Counted from the first letter of the whole stretch, positions 25,896 through 38,911 are shown. The stretch: DNA of 55,980 nucleotides, filler included, from Sphacelaria rigidula (GCA_964200075.2; 5 parts of 5 records of this genome joined end to end with filler, not necessarily neighbours in it); one strand, 5' to 3'. The notes: a model not told the origin generated them from the sequence alone. Translations and numbers: made by a program.

Positions 25896-27094
25896 GTGCG
25901 CTTCTTTGTGTATGTCGTACAGTATACCATTCCTTACAAGGGATAGGTTTGGCCGCATGATGTTGGCCGTATATTAAGCACAAGTACGGCGGTTGGTTCG
26001 AAGAAAGAATTGGCTGACCTGCTGTTGGCCATAAAAACAACAGTTTACCCCGAGGTAGTCTTCAGTGGCACGGGCGAAGGTTTTTTCGTGTCCAACCGTG
26101 ATGTCTATGGCTAACGCCGTGCCAACTATGATGGTGTTGAACGTGAGTGCTTGTAGTGTGTCTTTCTGTGGTCAGGACCATACAGGCCAAAACTGTTTTT
26201 TCCCATGATGTTGTGTCTGGAGCAATAAATAGTGTGCCAGCCAAGACTGTCTGGACACGAAATAGTGTACAATATCTCTGTAAATGCAAGAACTTGCACA
26301 AGACGGCTTTTGTTGGTATGGTATTGGCCATGGATGCGAGAGTTTTTTAATAAGCAAGTTTGTGTTACGGCTGCGTGATTTTTGCGACTTCGTGACGCGA
26401 TTTGGGCCGGCAAAGGATGGCGTACCTTGGTACGTGACACGTACTTCCCAGCACTCGATATGTATATGCTGCAGTCAAGTGCCAGAGACGAGAGCACGCG
26501 TTGATTAGTGTACAGTGGAGTGGGGCAAGGTTTGTTTAGGCGGAAAACAAATCGCCTCAGTCTGTGTGTTTCGAAAAATCACGTCGATGTATGTTTTCCC
26601 CTTACGGTTCCCCCCCGTTGTTTGCCTGTGTGCAGCAGTCGGGTGTCTATGTATATTGAAGCACACAGTAAGTTCCCCCCCTTTCTCCTCCTTGTGAGCG
26701 TGTGCACAATTTTCACGTCGTGCAGTCGGGGGCCTTTTGTGACATAGATGTACATGACTCGAGACGTGTCAAGTGGTGTACTGTATGTGTTTCCACCCTA
26801 TGAGACTTTTGTGGTGTGAGTTATGATCATCTGAACGTGTACGGACACATGTGGAGCTTTTGTCTCTAGTAATAGTGTGGTTGTGAAGCACGTGTGTGTT
26901 TCGGTAAATGCCTTGCATTTTTCAAAGCGAAGGTGAATTTTAGCAGACCAGTAGGACTGCGCATTTATCCCGTCCACCTAGGTGCTATTTTTTCTCACGA
27001 AAAATGATGTTGAAAAGTTAAAAAAACAAACAAAAAAAAACAATGTTGATTCTTGTACTTCGATGTGCGTTTTTGTGTTGTCAAGTTTTGGTTT

Positions 27095-27915
27095 AATGTA
27101 TAGGCGTTCGGGTGCTGTACATATTTGTGGCCGCGATGGCATTCAAGTTTAGATCACGAGTGTTTCCCTTTAATGTTTCGGGAGGGTGGGCATTTGGGCG
27201 TTGTGGGGTGGCGGTCGTTCTGGCGCTGCGTATAAGTTGCTTTGTACTCGATACAAGGTCGTTCACCTGGCTGGCGCTGCGTGCACGATTCGGCAATGTT
27301 GATTCCACGCGAAAGGTGGATGATCAGTAGGAGTTACACTGCATCGCTGGTGGTATTTTTCGGTGTTAAATCGTCTTGCTTACAGGGAACGCCCATGTGT
27401 CTGTTGCCCAAAACATGAGAGGTATTATCTGGGAAATATTATGGCAAGAATATATTCCGGCGAAGTGTTTTTTCTTCGTGGTCATCGAAAGCGTGCTGTC
27501 AGTATCGTTCTTTGAACTAGTGATGAGGGTGTTAATTTTCATACGTTGGTGTGTGTTTCCATGTAGGAGCGTTCAGGTGCTGTACATGTTTGTGGCCGTC
27601 ACGGCAGTCATGTGTAGATCACGGGTGTTTCCCTCTAATGTTTCGTGAGGGTGGGCATTTGGGCGTTGTGGGGGTGACGGTCGTTCTGGCACTGCACATA
27701 AGTTGCTTCGTACTCAACACAAAGTCGTTCACCTGGCTGGCGCTGCGTGTGCGATTCGGCAATGTTGATTCCACGCGAGAGGTGGGTGATCAGTAGAAGT
27801 TACACTGCATCGCTGACGATATTTTTTGTTGTTGGTCGTCTTGTTTACAGGGAACGCTTGTGTGTCTGTTACCCAAAATATGAGAGGTATTATCTGGGAA
27901 ACGTTACAGCAGAAA
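27095..27915. repeat. diverged tandem duplication, period about 465 bp
   Basis: 27095-27445 aligns with 27560-27910 (gtgctgtacat...gtcgttcacctggctggcgctgcgtg...gagaggtattatctgggaaa). Confidence 0.88.
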
Positions 27916-28594
27916 GAAAACTTCAGTTTATTGTTTTCTCCTCGTGTTTCTCGATAACTTCTTGTCAGTATTATTATTTAAACTGGTGACATTTTCATCG
28001 TCACCACCAGTAGTTTTATTGTGACGTCGTATTTTGTGCTTGTGGTGGATGTCCGGAGTACTGTCGGTAAAGATATTTAGTGCCCGAATTTAGTTGTATT
28101 TTGTCTTGTTTTCAAGGGTAAATCTCAGTGTAAAATCTCAGAGTAGAATATAGCGTCAAGAGAGATGTGCTGAAGCTTTCTTCAAGATTTCGGTCGTCTT
28201 TTCCCTTTTGGGCCGAGCTAAGCGGCTGCATTCAACACCACGATCGAGTCCGACTTCCGTTCAAAGTTATATTTCGCGTTCGGGGTACACTGGTGACATG
28301 CAGTGATGCTGACCGCACGACGGTGAATGCAGTTATCGCGGATGCAAGCGTGTTTTTGTGTACTGACTTGTACGCCTACCGCGTGTACTCGTACTTCGTA
28401 TGTGTACTGCACAATAGATCGAAGTATGTCGTGAGTCACTTACACCGGTATGTTTGCTCTCTTGAGTCATAGTTCAGGGTGACAGGTCCCTCTTTTCCCG
28501 CGTTTGGCTCGTATCTGGTCGTCTCTGCGCACGCCTCACAAGATGTACGTGTACCAGGGTAAACAATGTTTCCGCGAGGTTGATGATAGAGGTT

Positions 28595-28742
28595 AATTAA
28601 TGAATGCATCAGTTCAGTTCCGAAGTGCCCCTTGACGAGGCCCGGTAAGCTTCCTGTCGTAGTTTCCCACTGAAGCCCTTGATATCCCTGAGTAGGATAT
28701 CGACGTGTAGCTGTAACCACACGCCAGTGATGCAGGCAAAAT
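28595..28742 (-). repeat. dispersed 145-bp module shared with 49428-49573
   Basis: Ungapped alignment of the reverse complement to 49428-49573; contains the hairpin GATATCC(C/T)-ACTCA-GGGATATC. Confidence 0.8.
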
Positions 28743-29635
28743 AATTGATTCTGTTGTGGATTGTGTATAATATTTCAAGGGAAACATGCACTGCAAAAAG
28801 TTAATTTCGCATGGCTCGTGCAGTGCCCCGGTGGACTTCCGGTAAAGGTACCGTCCTATCGGGCGTGTGTTCATGCTTTGAAGAGAGATGATGCCATGTG
28901 CAGCATTCCCTCGCAATGACATCCAGCAGCCTGATATGGAAACTAATGGGACTTTCAGTTTTGGAATCAGTGTCGCGGACGTTTTCCCCCCTTCAAAATG
29001 TTTCGCCTCTGAAATTGCTTCCGCCCCAACTGCGAGTAGAATGTGTCGCCAGTTTCGGAAAGTTGAGATGACTGGAGAAATATCACGAGCCTACCTTGCC
29101 GAACCGGATCGGCAACAGCAGTACTCGAAGATCACGTGTCCGGCAATCCTGAGTAGTGTGTAGTCTCAGACCGTGACCGAATGACACTACTTCATGCAGC
29201 TCGCTGTACAATATATAATTGTGTGCGTGTCTATAATATATACAGAACGTGGCGTTCAGGGGCATGGTGCATCTATCCCGTGACGTTTCGGATTCAGTTT
29301 TACAAATGATTCGTGATGACACGCAAGATTATCATGCATTCCGTCAACAGGGAGAACATGTTGTTCCGTTACCGTTCTACGGTAGTCTTCGCAGGATACA
29401 TAATTGCCACATTGGCTGCGAGAGAAAAAATAATATCCCCCAGGGGGCTGCGCAAAATAGATTTCTGGACAAGTACGTCCCAAGATCGAAAAATTGAGTT
29501 GTTTTTTCGGGGTGGGACACCTAGCCTTATGTCCCCTAGTATATTGCCGAAGCGTTGGCGGATGCGTTCAGCTGCCGCGTACGGAGATCCGTGGCATGAA
29601 TGCCGCTGAGAGGGCGAACACGCCCCCCCCCCCCC

Positions 29636-29672
<37 letters not shown>

Positions 29673-30531
29673 CTCCCTTCCTTCTTTTTTTTTGTTGTTT
29701 TTGCGGTNNNNNNNNNNCCCGTACGGGAATCCGGGGCATGAATTCCCCTGGGAGGGGGAACCCCCCCCCCCCCCCCCTCCCCCAAGCTCATCACCTACCA
29801 TGACTACATTTTTGGGTTCATGTGTTCCGTGTCGTGTGCCTCGAGTACCTAGCAGTAGTCCGGGCAAGTTTGGCAAGGCGTGAGATAATGTTGTTGCTTT
29901 GGCTACTGGCTTTCGCTACCGTGCGTTCGTGTACATGCATGTGTGTGAGCGTGACCGGCATCCGAGGTCATCGGGACAGAGCGGGCAAGGAGCGGAAGCA
30001 AATACACAAATATCGCAAAGTCCACCAGACCTTTCGATTTTTGTCAGTGTTCAAGACACCACGGCTGGACCCCTGAGGGGTCAGTTCAAGTGCGACAGTC
30101 TACCAAATCATTGATCAATTTCTTGCAACAAAATTACCAATATATATATATATATATAAAGAACCATGACAATTTTAGAAAAAATGCTCTGCGGCGGGAG
30201 GGGGGGAAGGGGGCTCCGTGTCCGAAAATCTTCTCCGCGCAGCCCCCTGTGTCGCCTGCTTTATCATCCGTACAACAATGAATGGCTGAATCAATTGTTC
30301 AAGTATAAGTCTACAGTCGTGGATGCTCGCTCACCTTCTGAGTCGTTCAACGATCAATGGTGGTGAAGGCGGGCGGGGGGGAGGGATGTTGCCACACCAT
30401 CTCCGCCGACTCCTGTCCCCTGTCTTTCGAATTGCCTAAATTAAAAGTCGCGGCTCTTCCGTTCCGTGCAACGAGCTCACAAAGGGCCATAGAGATGTAT
30501 TTAGTATTATTTAGTCGGACGGAATGATTAA

Positions 30532-30633
30532 CCCTTGGACCGCGGTGCGGGTAGTGCATCTGGATTATGCACACTTTTTAAAAGTAAATTTCGATGTCGA
30601 TTCGGCAGGTGACCTACCCTCACGGTCAAAGGG
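30532..30633. mobile_element. piggyBac-like micro-MITE (102 bp)
   Basis: TTAA|CCCTTGGACCG...CGGTCAAAGGG|TTCA; homologous to copies at 45.3-45.9 kb. Confidence 0.75.
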
Positions 30634-33550
30634 TTCAACTCTCTATGACGACACGCCGTGTGCTTTTCTTCGTCGTCCATACATGTGAAGACAACGACGG
30701 CGAGCACTGGTGAAAACGCCTCTTCTTGCCCGACGTCGTGCGGGAAAATGGCGCCCCCCCCCCCTATATCGTTGAACGAATCTTCTCATTCAGTGCCGAT
30801 TTTTGTGGCGTATGTAGACGTTGGAACTCATTCCGTACTTTACATGTGCGTTGTAAGTGTGAAATATCATAACATTAGACTTAGCAAGCGGGTCACTGTG
30901 GAGGTATCACTCTTCGTTTCCGTTACTGCGGGTGTGAACACACGTGAGAAAGGCGAAAATAGTTACGAAAAATGCGTTTTATCGTAAGGCCGAGTCGTAA
31001 CCCCTCATCATACGGCGCCCATCACGTACTGACACACCAGTACTTGGCACTGTTATGAACCTTCGATGAGTACGGTGCAAGCCGTTTCCTTGCACAAGAT
31101 TTCTGTGGCTGGAAGGAATGTGCAGCGCTAAATGTACATGCCCAGGAAATGATACCGTGAATGGGATAATACTCGCCAGGCTTGCTGCGCTTATTAGCAG
31201 GCCACTGTATCCTCACACGTGCATGGTGTATGCATGACAAGGGAACAACCCAGCTTGCACTATAGCCGGCAGCATGGAGCCAAAGGGAAATGAGCGCGGA
31301 GAGCTGCGGGGACTCCAGTCTTCACATCGTGCTCCATCGAAGTGCGCGAATGATTGCCGGATGGCTTCAAGTCCACAGCAAACATTTCTGACTTCAAGCC
31401 GCGACGTTGTGCGTTCGGCCGTGCCCGTTCCGTGCTGACCACGACTGTCGGTTATGCCCCCTGTTGAGTGGGCAGGAGCTACACAGAAGCAGTGCAATGC
31501 CCTGCCAAAGGTACGTCGTACGCGAATTGTACTTCGCTCTATGATTATTGTGTCTAGAGCTGTTCCCACAGTCCTGCTCCGTCGTGCGATCTGTAGCATT
31601 CAACCCACGGCGTCTCGTCCAAGGCACCGGATGGCCAGTCATGCCCTCAATCGGCGCAACATGTAGAGGGTTCAAGATACATCTAAACATAACTCTACTA
31701 CGGTTCCGAGAGTAAACTGCGTGGTTGTTTTTCGATCTCTTGTGGAAGCAGCAGCCATTACGACGCAGCTGCTACTATCTCTGTGCTGAGCGAGCTCCTA
31801 TGTGACAGTTTGCCACACTCTGTACGTGCGTTATTCATTTGTGTAGCTTAGTGCTGAGATGCCAACAGCGGCAGGTAAAAAAACGCCTATTAATACAATG
31901 TTTGAGTGACATCTCTGCCTTGTCATCTTCCATCTTTCCTCGATGACTTTCTCGATGGGTACTGTACTGTACGACACCCTCAGCAAGCGCGTCTTTCGAA
32001 AGAACTTGGTGACAGAGGCTATATTCCTAGGGAATCGGTTTTATGTGCTACAGTTAGTCAATCAGTGGGTACACGTTACACTCGCGTTCGAGTGGACTCC
32101 CCTCTGTACAACCTTCCACGGTTAGGACAAATCATCACGCCTCAAGATGACCAAATTCACGATTTCTTCGACCTGATGGCCCAAAACGGAGAAAAAGTTG
32201 ATCGCTGGTCCAAGGAGTATCCACGCAATNNNNNNNNNNCTGCGTGTACCTAGGTTGCAACGCTGAAATAAAGCCAAGGGATTGATTAGCCACGAGTCGA
32301 CTCATGATACTCGAAACCAAGTAATTCTCAGACGAATCATTATTTGTTCGACCCTTGCAACGTTCTCGGGGAGGTTTGACGTGTTCTTCACTCCATTGCC
32401 CTGTGATAAATTCGACATGAGATTACCGACCCGCGTTCGCTGCTGTACTTCGGTGTATAGTGGTGATGTATCGCGGCTGTGGCGATACCGGTTTTAATAA
32501 CCACTTAAATTCTGAGGGCAATTGAAACAGGAATACTCCCACGATTGTTGCGTGACCCTTGTGTCGTCGGACAGTGATCTTGTTCTGGAATACTTTGTAC
32601 AATCGAAGTAGGGTACATGACTGGACCGGTCAGACGGCCGCCATGAGTGGCCAACAGTATACCAGATGTGCACGTGGCAAGAGAAGAAAATGCGGAATAG
32701 TAGGCTCACCTCCCATGGATGGAGGTAACTCGAAGTGAACTACAAGATTTTCGCGCAAAACGCGACGACCGAGCGTTCAAAAATCGGAACTAAAGAATTG
32801 TGGGGACCCTTTGAAAGTCAGGGGAAGAACCTTGAACGATTATTTCACATGGTTCATATGCGACAGTGAGTCAATCAGTGGGTACACTCGCGATCGAGTG
32901 GACTCCCCCCTGTACGACGTCATTACCCTTAGTTCCGTATGCGCGTTTTTTTCTTGAAATTAACCCTTTTGGGACTGAAGCTCACTAACACCACGTTCAC
33001 GACGTGTTGGTAAGATAATAATAAGCAAGTCTGGGAGCGACCTGTCCAATCGGCGAGGCGAGATGTACCGACCACATCAGAACGACCAGTGTGGGGGGGG
33101 GGCTGTTGCCGGGAGTGATGTCACTGCAAAGATGGTGTACCCTGTACCTGGCCCACAAAAAAGCCCTCGAACCAGAAGAAAGCCTACATTCTCGGGGCTC
33201 GGATTCCCGAATTTTTCATCATTTACTTGCATTTTATGTAGGCCCGATATCCCATCCCCGAATTTTCGTTCGGTCACCATCCTGTAGTAAACCCTAGTTG
33301 ATAGCACTAACATGTAGTGCTCGGGGGAAATTCGGGAGTAAATGTACCCCGCTATATATGTGGTCATAATCACAAGGCGACTGAATCTGGCAACGCTGTG
33401 GGACGAGAGACGGAGCTAGAGGCATGATTTTTGCGTATCCCTCTGTCGAAGCGGTACAAGCGGCGGTGACATCGTATGTAGTCGACGGTAACGAACTTGT
33501 GGTGTATAGGCAGCTGATCTCTGTCGCGCAGAACTGCCCAGAACATGTGA

Positions 33551-33650
33551 NNNNNNNNNNNNNNNNNNNNNNNNNNNNNNNNNNNNNNNNNNNNTTAATT
33601 AATTAANNNNNNNNNNNNNNNNNNNNNNNNNNNNNNNNNNNNNNNNNNNN
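33551..33650. other. artificial contig linker
   Basis: N-TTAATTAATTAA-N spacer, 100 nt. Confidence 0.98.
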
Positions 33651-35741
33651 GGATGTATCACCCCTCGGAATATGAGTTTTTCAAGTCCGATTTGTCGGGG
33701 CCGGAAGATCCTGGATCGTCAGCAAACGTTGTGTAGCGCAAAGCACGGACGGGGTGCTTCGGAAGTTGAGGGCCTTGGGCGACCCGGCCGCCGTGGTTTC
33801 CTAGAAAATCAAAGCCGACAGAAACATCACGCAGGAGAGTGCTTTTCTCGGTCACGTGCTGGTGTGCTGGATTATACTGTCTGTGCTCGATTATACTGTG
33901 TACGCTCGATTATACTGTCTGTGCTGTACAGCGGGGTTTGCACGTTTTTTCCCGTCACCTGACTTGACGGAAACCTACCCGTGTTTGGTTGGCAAGTAGG
34001 CTGGCTACGGCGTATACCTTCGTGCCGCAGGCTGTGTACCACGAACGTTCGCCACTGGCGTACAGTCGAACATCCTATCGGTGCAGCTGCATGCACCCGA
34101 TGAGCTTGAAGTGACGTGGTGTGAACTCTGTTGCATATCTGTGCGGTACTACTCTGTGGGACGGCGTGGCGATCAAACGACACGAGACACACTGTACTCG
34201 TGGGTATCGGGCGAGGGATGGTTTGTCAATCTTCTTGAGAGTGCCCCGGCTCCCTGGCCAATTCTCATTATCTCTGAGTCGTGAGTCGGTGTCCACGTTT
34301 CCCAGGCAGGCAGTCAAGCCCCTGGACGCACGCAGTCTAGCGTGAAGCTGTTGATGGGCCACCGGGGTGCGGATGTTTTCTTGTTACCTTGAGTTGTTTC
34401 AAACGCGGGTTTTCTCGGCAACTACTGCTGCCTGTGCTGTCATGTCTCCTGTACGATTAGCGACGAGTCGTGTCCCTGTGGACACACGTCGAGCAAGGCC
34501 GTATCAAAAACACATCTTTTGGTGTCCAGTAGCGCCGCAGGAGTGGCGATGATTACTGTATGTCTGCGTGTGGAATCGTGGGTCCCGTGGTACGTCCTCA
34601 AGGCGTTCACGACGGCATGGTGTTGTCTCAACCTGTACTACTACTCCTGTTTGCCAAAAAGCCCGTGTGTTCGCTCGCTCTACCCACCCCATGGTGAGTT
34701 TCCAGTAGAGCATGAAAACCACGAGCTGCTACTCGTACTACGCTGTAGAGCAGCCCCCCTCGCCCTGTCTCGCGGCTCAGTTTTCACTGCTGTGCGGTGT
34801 CTGTCTATGTTTGTGTGTGCGTGTGTGCAAATGGCATGCCGCGGGCAGAAAAATAGCGGAGAGATAATTCTTCGATCCTGGACTATGACCGGATGAGCTC
34901 TCCCCAGGGGGCACCGCATGTACGCCGTGTACTCGGTGAGCATGCCTCGGCAATCCCCAGCTACTTGGCTAGAGCTTGTGTTCGGGCTCGAAATCGACGA
35001 CCGTGCTGCACCGTGCCGTACACGTAATGCTGTGGCTGGACAAGTCCTGAAGGTCAGGTACACCGTACGTCACGGGCAGTGCGCGGTACTTTCGCCGGGT
35101 TGTGGGACAAAACTACGCACGCTCGTCTTGTCATTCTCCATCATGTCGTTTTTCGTCATCCGTTTCTCTCGCGTCTATACCTCGGCGTGTGTACACGAGT
35201 ATTCCCGTGGTTCAACAGTGGGTATGGGCGTTCACTAACATGTGTGACTACGTCGTGCGTCCTGGTCTGTCTGAAGCTTGGAGCATCCACTTCAGCTCGG
35301 TACTAGAGTATACTGTTGCATTGCTATTTTTTAGACGTGGGGATCTGTCATATCTCGACCACGGGTCTCGATATACAGGCTGATGTGCTCATGTGAAATG
35401 TTTATTCAAGCTACGGCGTTTCACATTTTTTCGTCCGCCGCTCTTCAGAGCATAGAGGATATACTGCACCTCGTGCGCCGTTGGCTGTATACCAACGAAG
35501 GCGAAGCTAAGGTGAGGTGGGTAGTGCACGCGGCAGCCACAAGGTTGTTCTCAGCCTCGGATACGTATCTGCAGTAGCCCATCTTGAGTCCGAACAATCT
35601 GCCGGTTTGTGTTTAAACGAGAGGTGGTTTGTGCCTTTTGAGGGTCAATGGATACGGAGGTATAGCCATATTATGGCCAAGCGTGGTGTAGTGTTTGCTC
35701 ATGGCAACGTGTAAGCACGAGCCGAAAAAATGCCGCGATAG

Positions 35742-35912
35742 CCCCCCCCCCGCCAAAAAAAAAAAAACAGCCCGAAGACTGTCACAAATAAATGGCCATA
35801 CACCGTGTGATTGCTGGTTTCAGACTGCATGAAGCGCCTCATACGGGCGACAGTGGCGAAAACGATTCCATGCATGGGAGTTTCCAGCTGCTCGCTGTGC
35901 TCGGCATTTATT
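35742..35912. repeat. unclassified dispersed repeat X fragment
   Basis: Aligns with 55596-55752 (aaatgg.ca.aca...ttcag.ctgcatgaagcgcc...cagctgctcg.tgtgctcggc) and with 22278-22334. Confidence 0.75.
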
Positions 35913-36219
35913 TGGCATTTTTATTCGCCTGTAGCTTTTGCCTCCTCGAAGCAGCCAATTTTCTCGAGGGTTCTATCGCGACATTCGCTCGTTTGTTCTG
36001 TCGGCGACGAGCGAGCGCGTTTGTTCATGCCGCTGCTACCGGCAGCATAGCAGAGCCGAGATCGTGGTGGAACCGAAGCGACACACGAGCTTGTCAGGCA
36101 GGCCGCTTCGGTCGAACCACGTGCTGCGAAAAAAAGGCGCTGCTGTTGAGAAAGGCTTTTTTTGTAGTGTACGTCATGTGTTCATTTTCTGGAGACGTGT
36201 CACCCTTCCCATCGCTGTG

Positions 36220-36630
36220 GGTGTCACGTGTGTGTGTGCGTTTTGTGTTTTGTGTGTTGCGTGTTGTCATCCCATCTATTCTGGACGCCAGTTTACGCCT
36301 TTCGGTATACGTGGGCGCATCAGCGGGGGTCACACAGCAGGAAGGCGAACACGGAAGTGTGTGTGTGTTTGTGTGTGTGCGTTTCTTTTGTTTAAGTTCT
36401 CCAACGTTCTTCTGCGGTGCTTACCTTTTTTTTTTCGCAAGAGGGGTTTTAGGGGTCCCTTTCCCTCGTGGACCGTGAAGTCGGATTTTGTGTACCCACG
36501 ACATCGTCGCTCTTCACTGTCGGGTATGGTGTGCGGAAAAAACCCAGATTGTGTGACTGCACCGAGGTTCGATCCCACGACCCAACCGCCAGAAGGTTTC
36601 GAGGTTACCAACTGAGCCATCGGGGCGACC
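36220..36630 (-). mobile_element. tRNA-derived SINE family A, copy 2 (best preserved)
   Basis: Minus-strand head GCCCCGATGGCTCAGTTGGT (A box)...GGGATCGAACC (B box), shared body, and CA-rich 3' tail. Confidence 0.85.
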
Positions 36631-37338
36631 GACCCACGGGAGAAAGACAAAATCATGACTCGCCGTACCCGCGGTCGCATGTGTACTTGTCATTTTGCAA
36701 AGGCGAACGTGTCATGCTGTAGGCTAGACTACGGTAGGGCTCGGCAAGTCTCGTGTGATACTGACCAACTAACGCATATGACTAGCAGCACCGCAAGCCT
36801 GCAACGACACCACTGCCGTGCAGAAGCTATGTGTACCTGCTGGTCGAGCGGCAAGTCGCCCCGCAGAAGGGTGTGTGGAGCACGACCAACTCGGCTCTGC
36901 AACTTGAGGCTAGCAATACCAACCTCCAATCTGTGGGCGCAGACTAACCGACCGAAATACAGCCGCGATCCTCGTATCCTAGTTCCACTATCCTGGTTTG
37001 CACGCATGTATGTGTTCGCAGTGGTGCTGACTGTATCACCACACTGTGGCAAGTCACCGAAAGACGCGTCATTTCGCGTGTGGTCGAGCGAGAAGGGTTT
37101 GTAATGTTTTAATGGCGCCCAGAGCATGACGTATTGGCTCGATATAGATCCGACAGCGCGGTGTCCTTTCTGTAGACACGGTGCAGTGTGCTGCTCCAGC
37201 ATTCTCTACCAACACGGAAAATGATTGGCAATACATACTCATCTTCGTAAGCCGCGAGTTCGTGTTGAATTGTCTACACGTCGCCTCAAGAATTCTGTTG
37301 CGATGCCGGAACCCTTTCTTGCTTCTGTCTGCACTCTG

Positions 37339-37378
<40 letters not shown>

Positions 37379-38489
37379 GATTTGCCGACCTGTGGAGTTT
37401 CCGTCCGGCCGTCCGGGTGAGAAACGCCCAGGTTTTCAGGTTTTGGACTGGTGGTCGTCACAGGGTTGATCGTATCGTCGTGATGTAGTTGGATTACAGC
37501 ACAGGAGTAAGTGTCTGGGCTTCACTGTCGGGTTGAAGAAATGGAACATGAAGAACGGAAAATGAAGAATACCTTGGCTGCCTTTCGCTGCAGCAGCGAC
37601 ACTTGGCACCTGTGCATTTCCGGTGCAGAAGGCGGAGTCCGTGCGGCCGAGTTGTTCGTGTCTCGACCGATCTTACACGTGGAAGCCAACCAGTACGCCG
37701 GAACGCGAAACACATCCATCCCCCAATTCGTGAGCCCCACACGACACCTAATCACAATCATCTCTATCTGTACTGCAGATAAGATGGCGCCGTCCTCTCG
37801 TGGGTCAAGACGGTTCGCGAAGAACAAGAACCAACGGAGGCGAAAAGCGGCCAAGAAGGCAAAGGAAGCGGCATCGCCCCGCACGGAGAGCGTACCGCTG
37901 TACGAGAAAGGGGGGACAGTGTTCGCGCCGGTAAGCAAGATGAAGATTCGTGCGGTGTGCACGAATTAGTATTGGTCGGTACTTTTATCTTTTGTCCAGG
38001 CCAGGCGGGGAGTCATGGCGATTGTAACTCACTGCACAGTGGTGCAGGTTAGGGCAAGTTGTGTGTGTCAGATCGAGCCTCCACCGTTTTCGGTGTGTGT
38101 ACTGCGGAGTTGCGTGAGATGAAGAAGAAATGTCCAGTTCCAAAGTACGGTATGACAGTGCGTGAGGCTTGGGTTGAACTTTGGCCGTTTCGGTTGAAGG
38201 GCAGAGACCGCGGTTCGCCATTCTCGCGGCGATTCAAAACGCTGGAAACGCACGGCGTGCGCATCGTCTCGCCCCTGAACTCGACGGGACGGGGACAGGA
38301 CTTGATTCCGTGAAGCGCTCGTGAAATACAGACATCATTGCTGCTTGGAATAATCATTCGGCTGCAGCGAGCCATTGGGTCACGTGCGTTGCGTTCGCCC
38401 GAAATAACCCGGAAAATGCAAGCAACACGGAAAGTTTTGTTGGCGTTTTTTGCTGTACCGGGAATTGGTGAATGTGGCGGTTACATTGA

Positions 38490-38722
38490 AAGCAAGGCTA
38501 CGGTAGGGGTGCACTTTTTGCGCACAATCTTGTCTGGATCAGGAGCTGCTAACGGTTCTAGATGCACAAGAAAATGGGTCAGGGCATCCCCGTTGGCAAA
38601 TTCATTCGGGATACCCGTAGCCCATTGGAATAGTAATCCTGGCGTACTCTCACATATTTCATGAGTCGTGTTTTGGACGAGATGAAGGGCTCCTGATAAT
38701 TCTAACCTCATGAAATATTGGT
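38490..38722 (-). repeat. unclassified dispersed repeat Y (homologous to 44870-45103)
   Basis: Reverse complement aligns with 44870-45103 (gaggttagaatt...gagagtacgccaggat...aacggggatgccctg...aagtgcacccctaccgtagc). Confidence 0.8.
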
Positions 38723-38911
38723 GCACCACTACCGTAGCGTGAGTCTTGGATCCATGAATCCCTGGCACATTTTCCACTGTGTTGGGTCCACATGCCCAGC
38801 AAAATGGACTTCCTGCATGTGCCCTAGAAGTGCAAATGAACAAGAGCGTTGTACAGCTGGGGGTGGGTAGGAACACGACGTACCCACTTGTATTTTGGGA
38901 TAATTATTATA

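Noticed and set aside
25596-26040. His/Thr- or Cys/Val-rich ORFs
   Set aside because: Translations of a pentanucleotide microsatellite.
29575-29785. Duplicated motif plus poly-C tracts as G-quadruplex or Pro-rich coding region
   Set aside because: The duplication straddles an N gap in low-quality homopolymer sequence and is likely overlapping read ends.
36555-36630. Genuine tRNA gene
   Set aside because: No closed acceptor stem; it is attached to a repeated SINE body in several copies.
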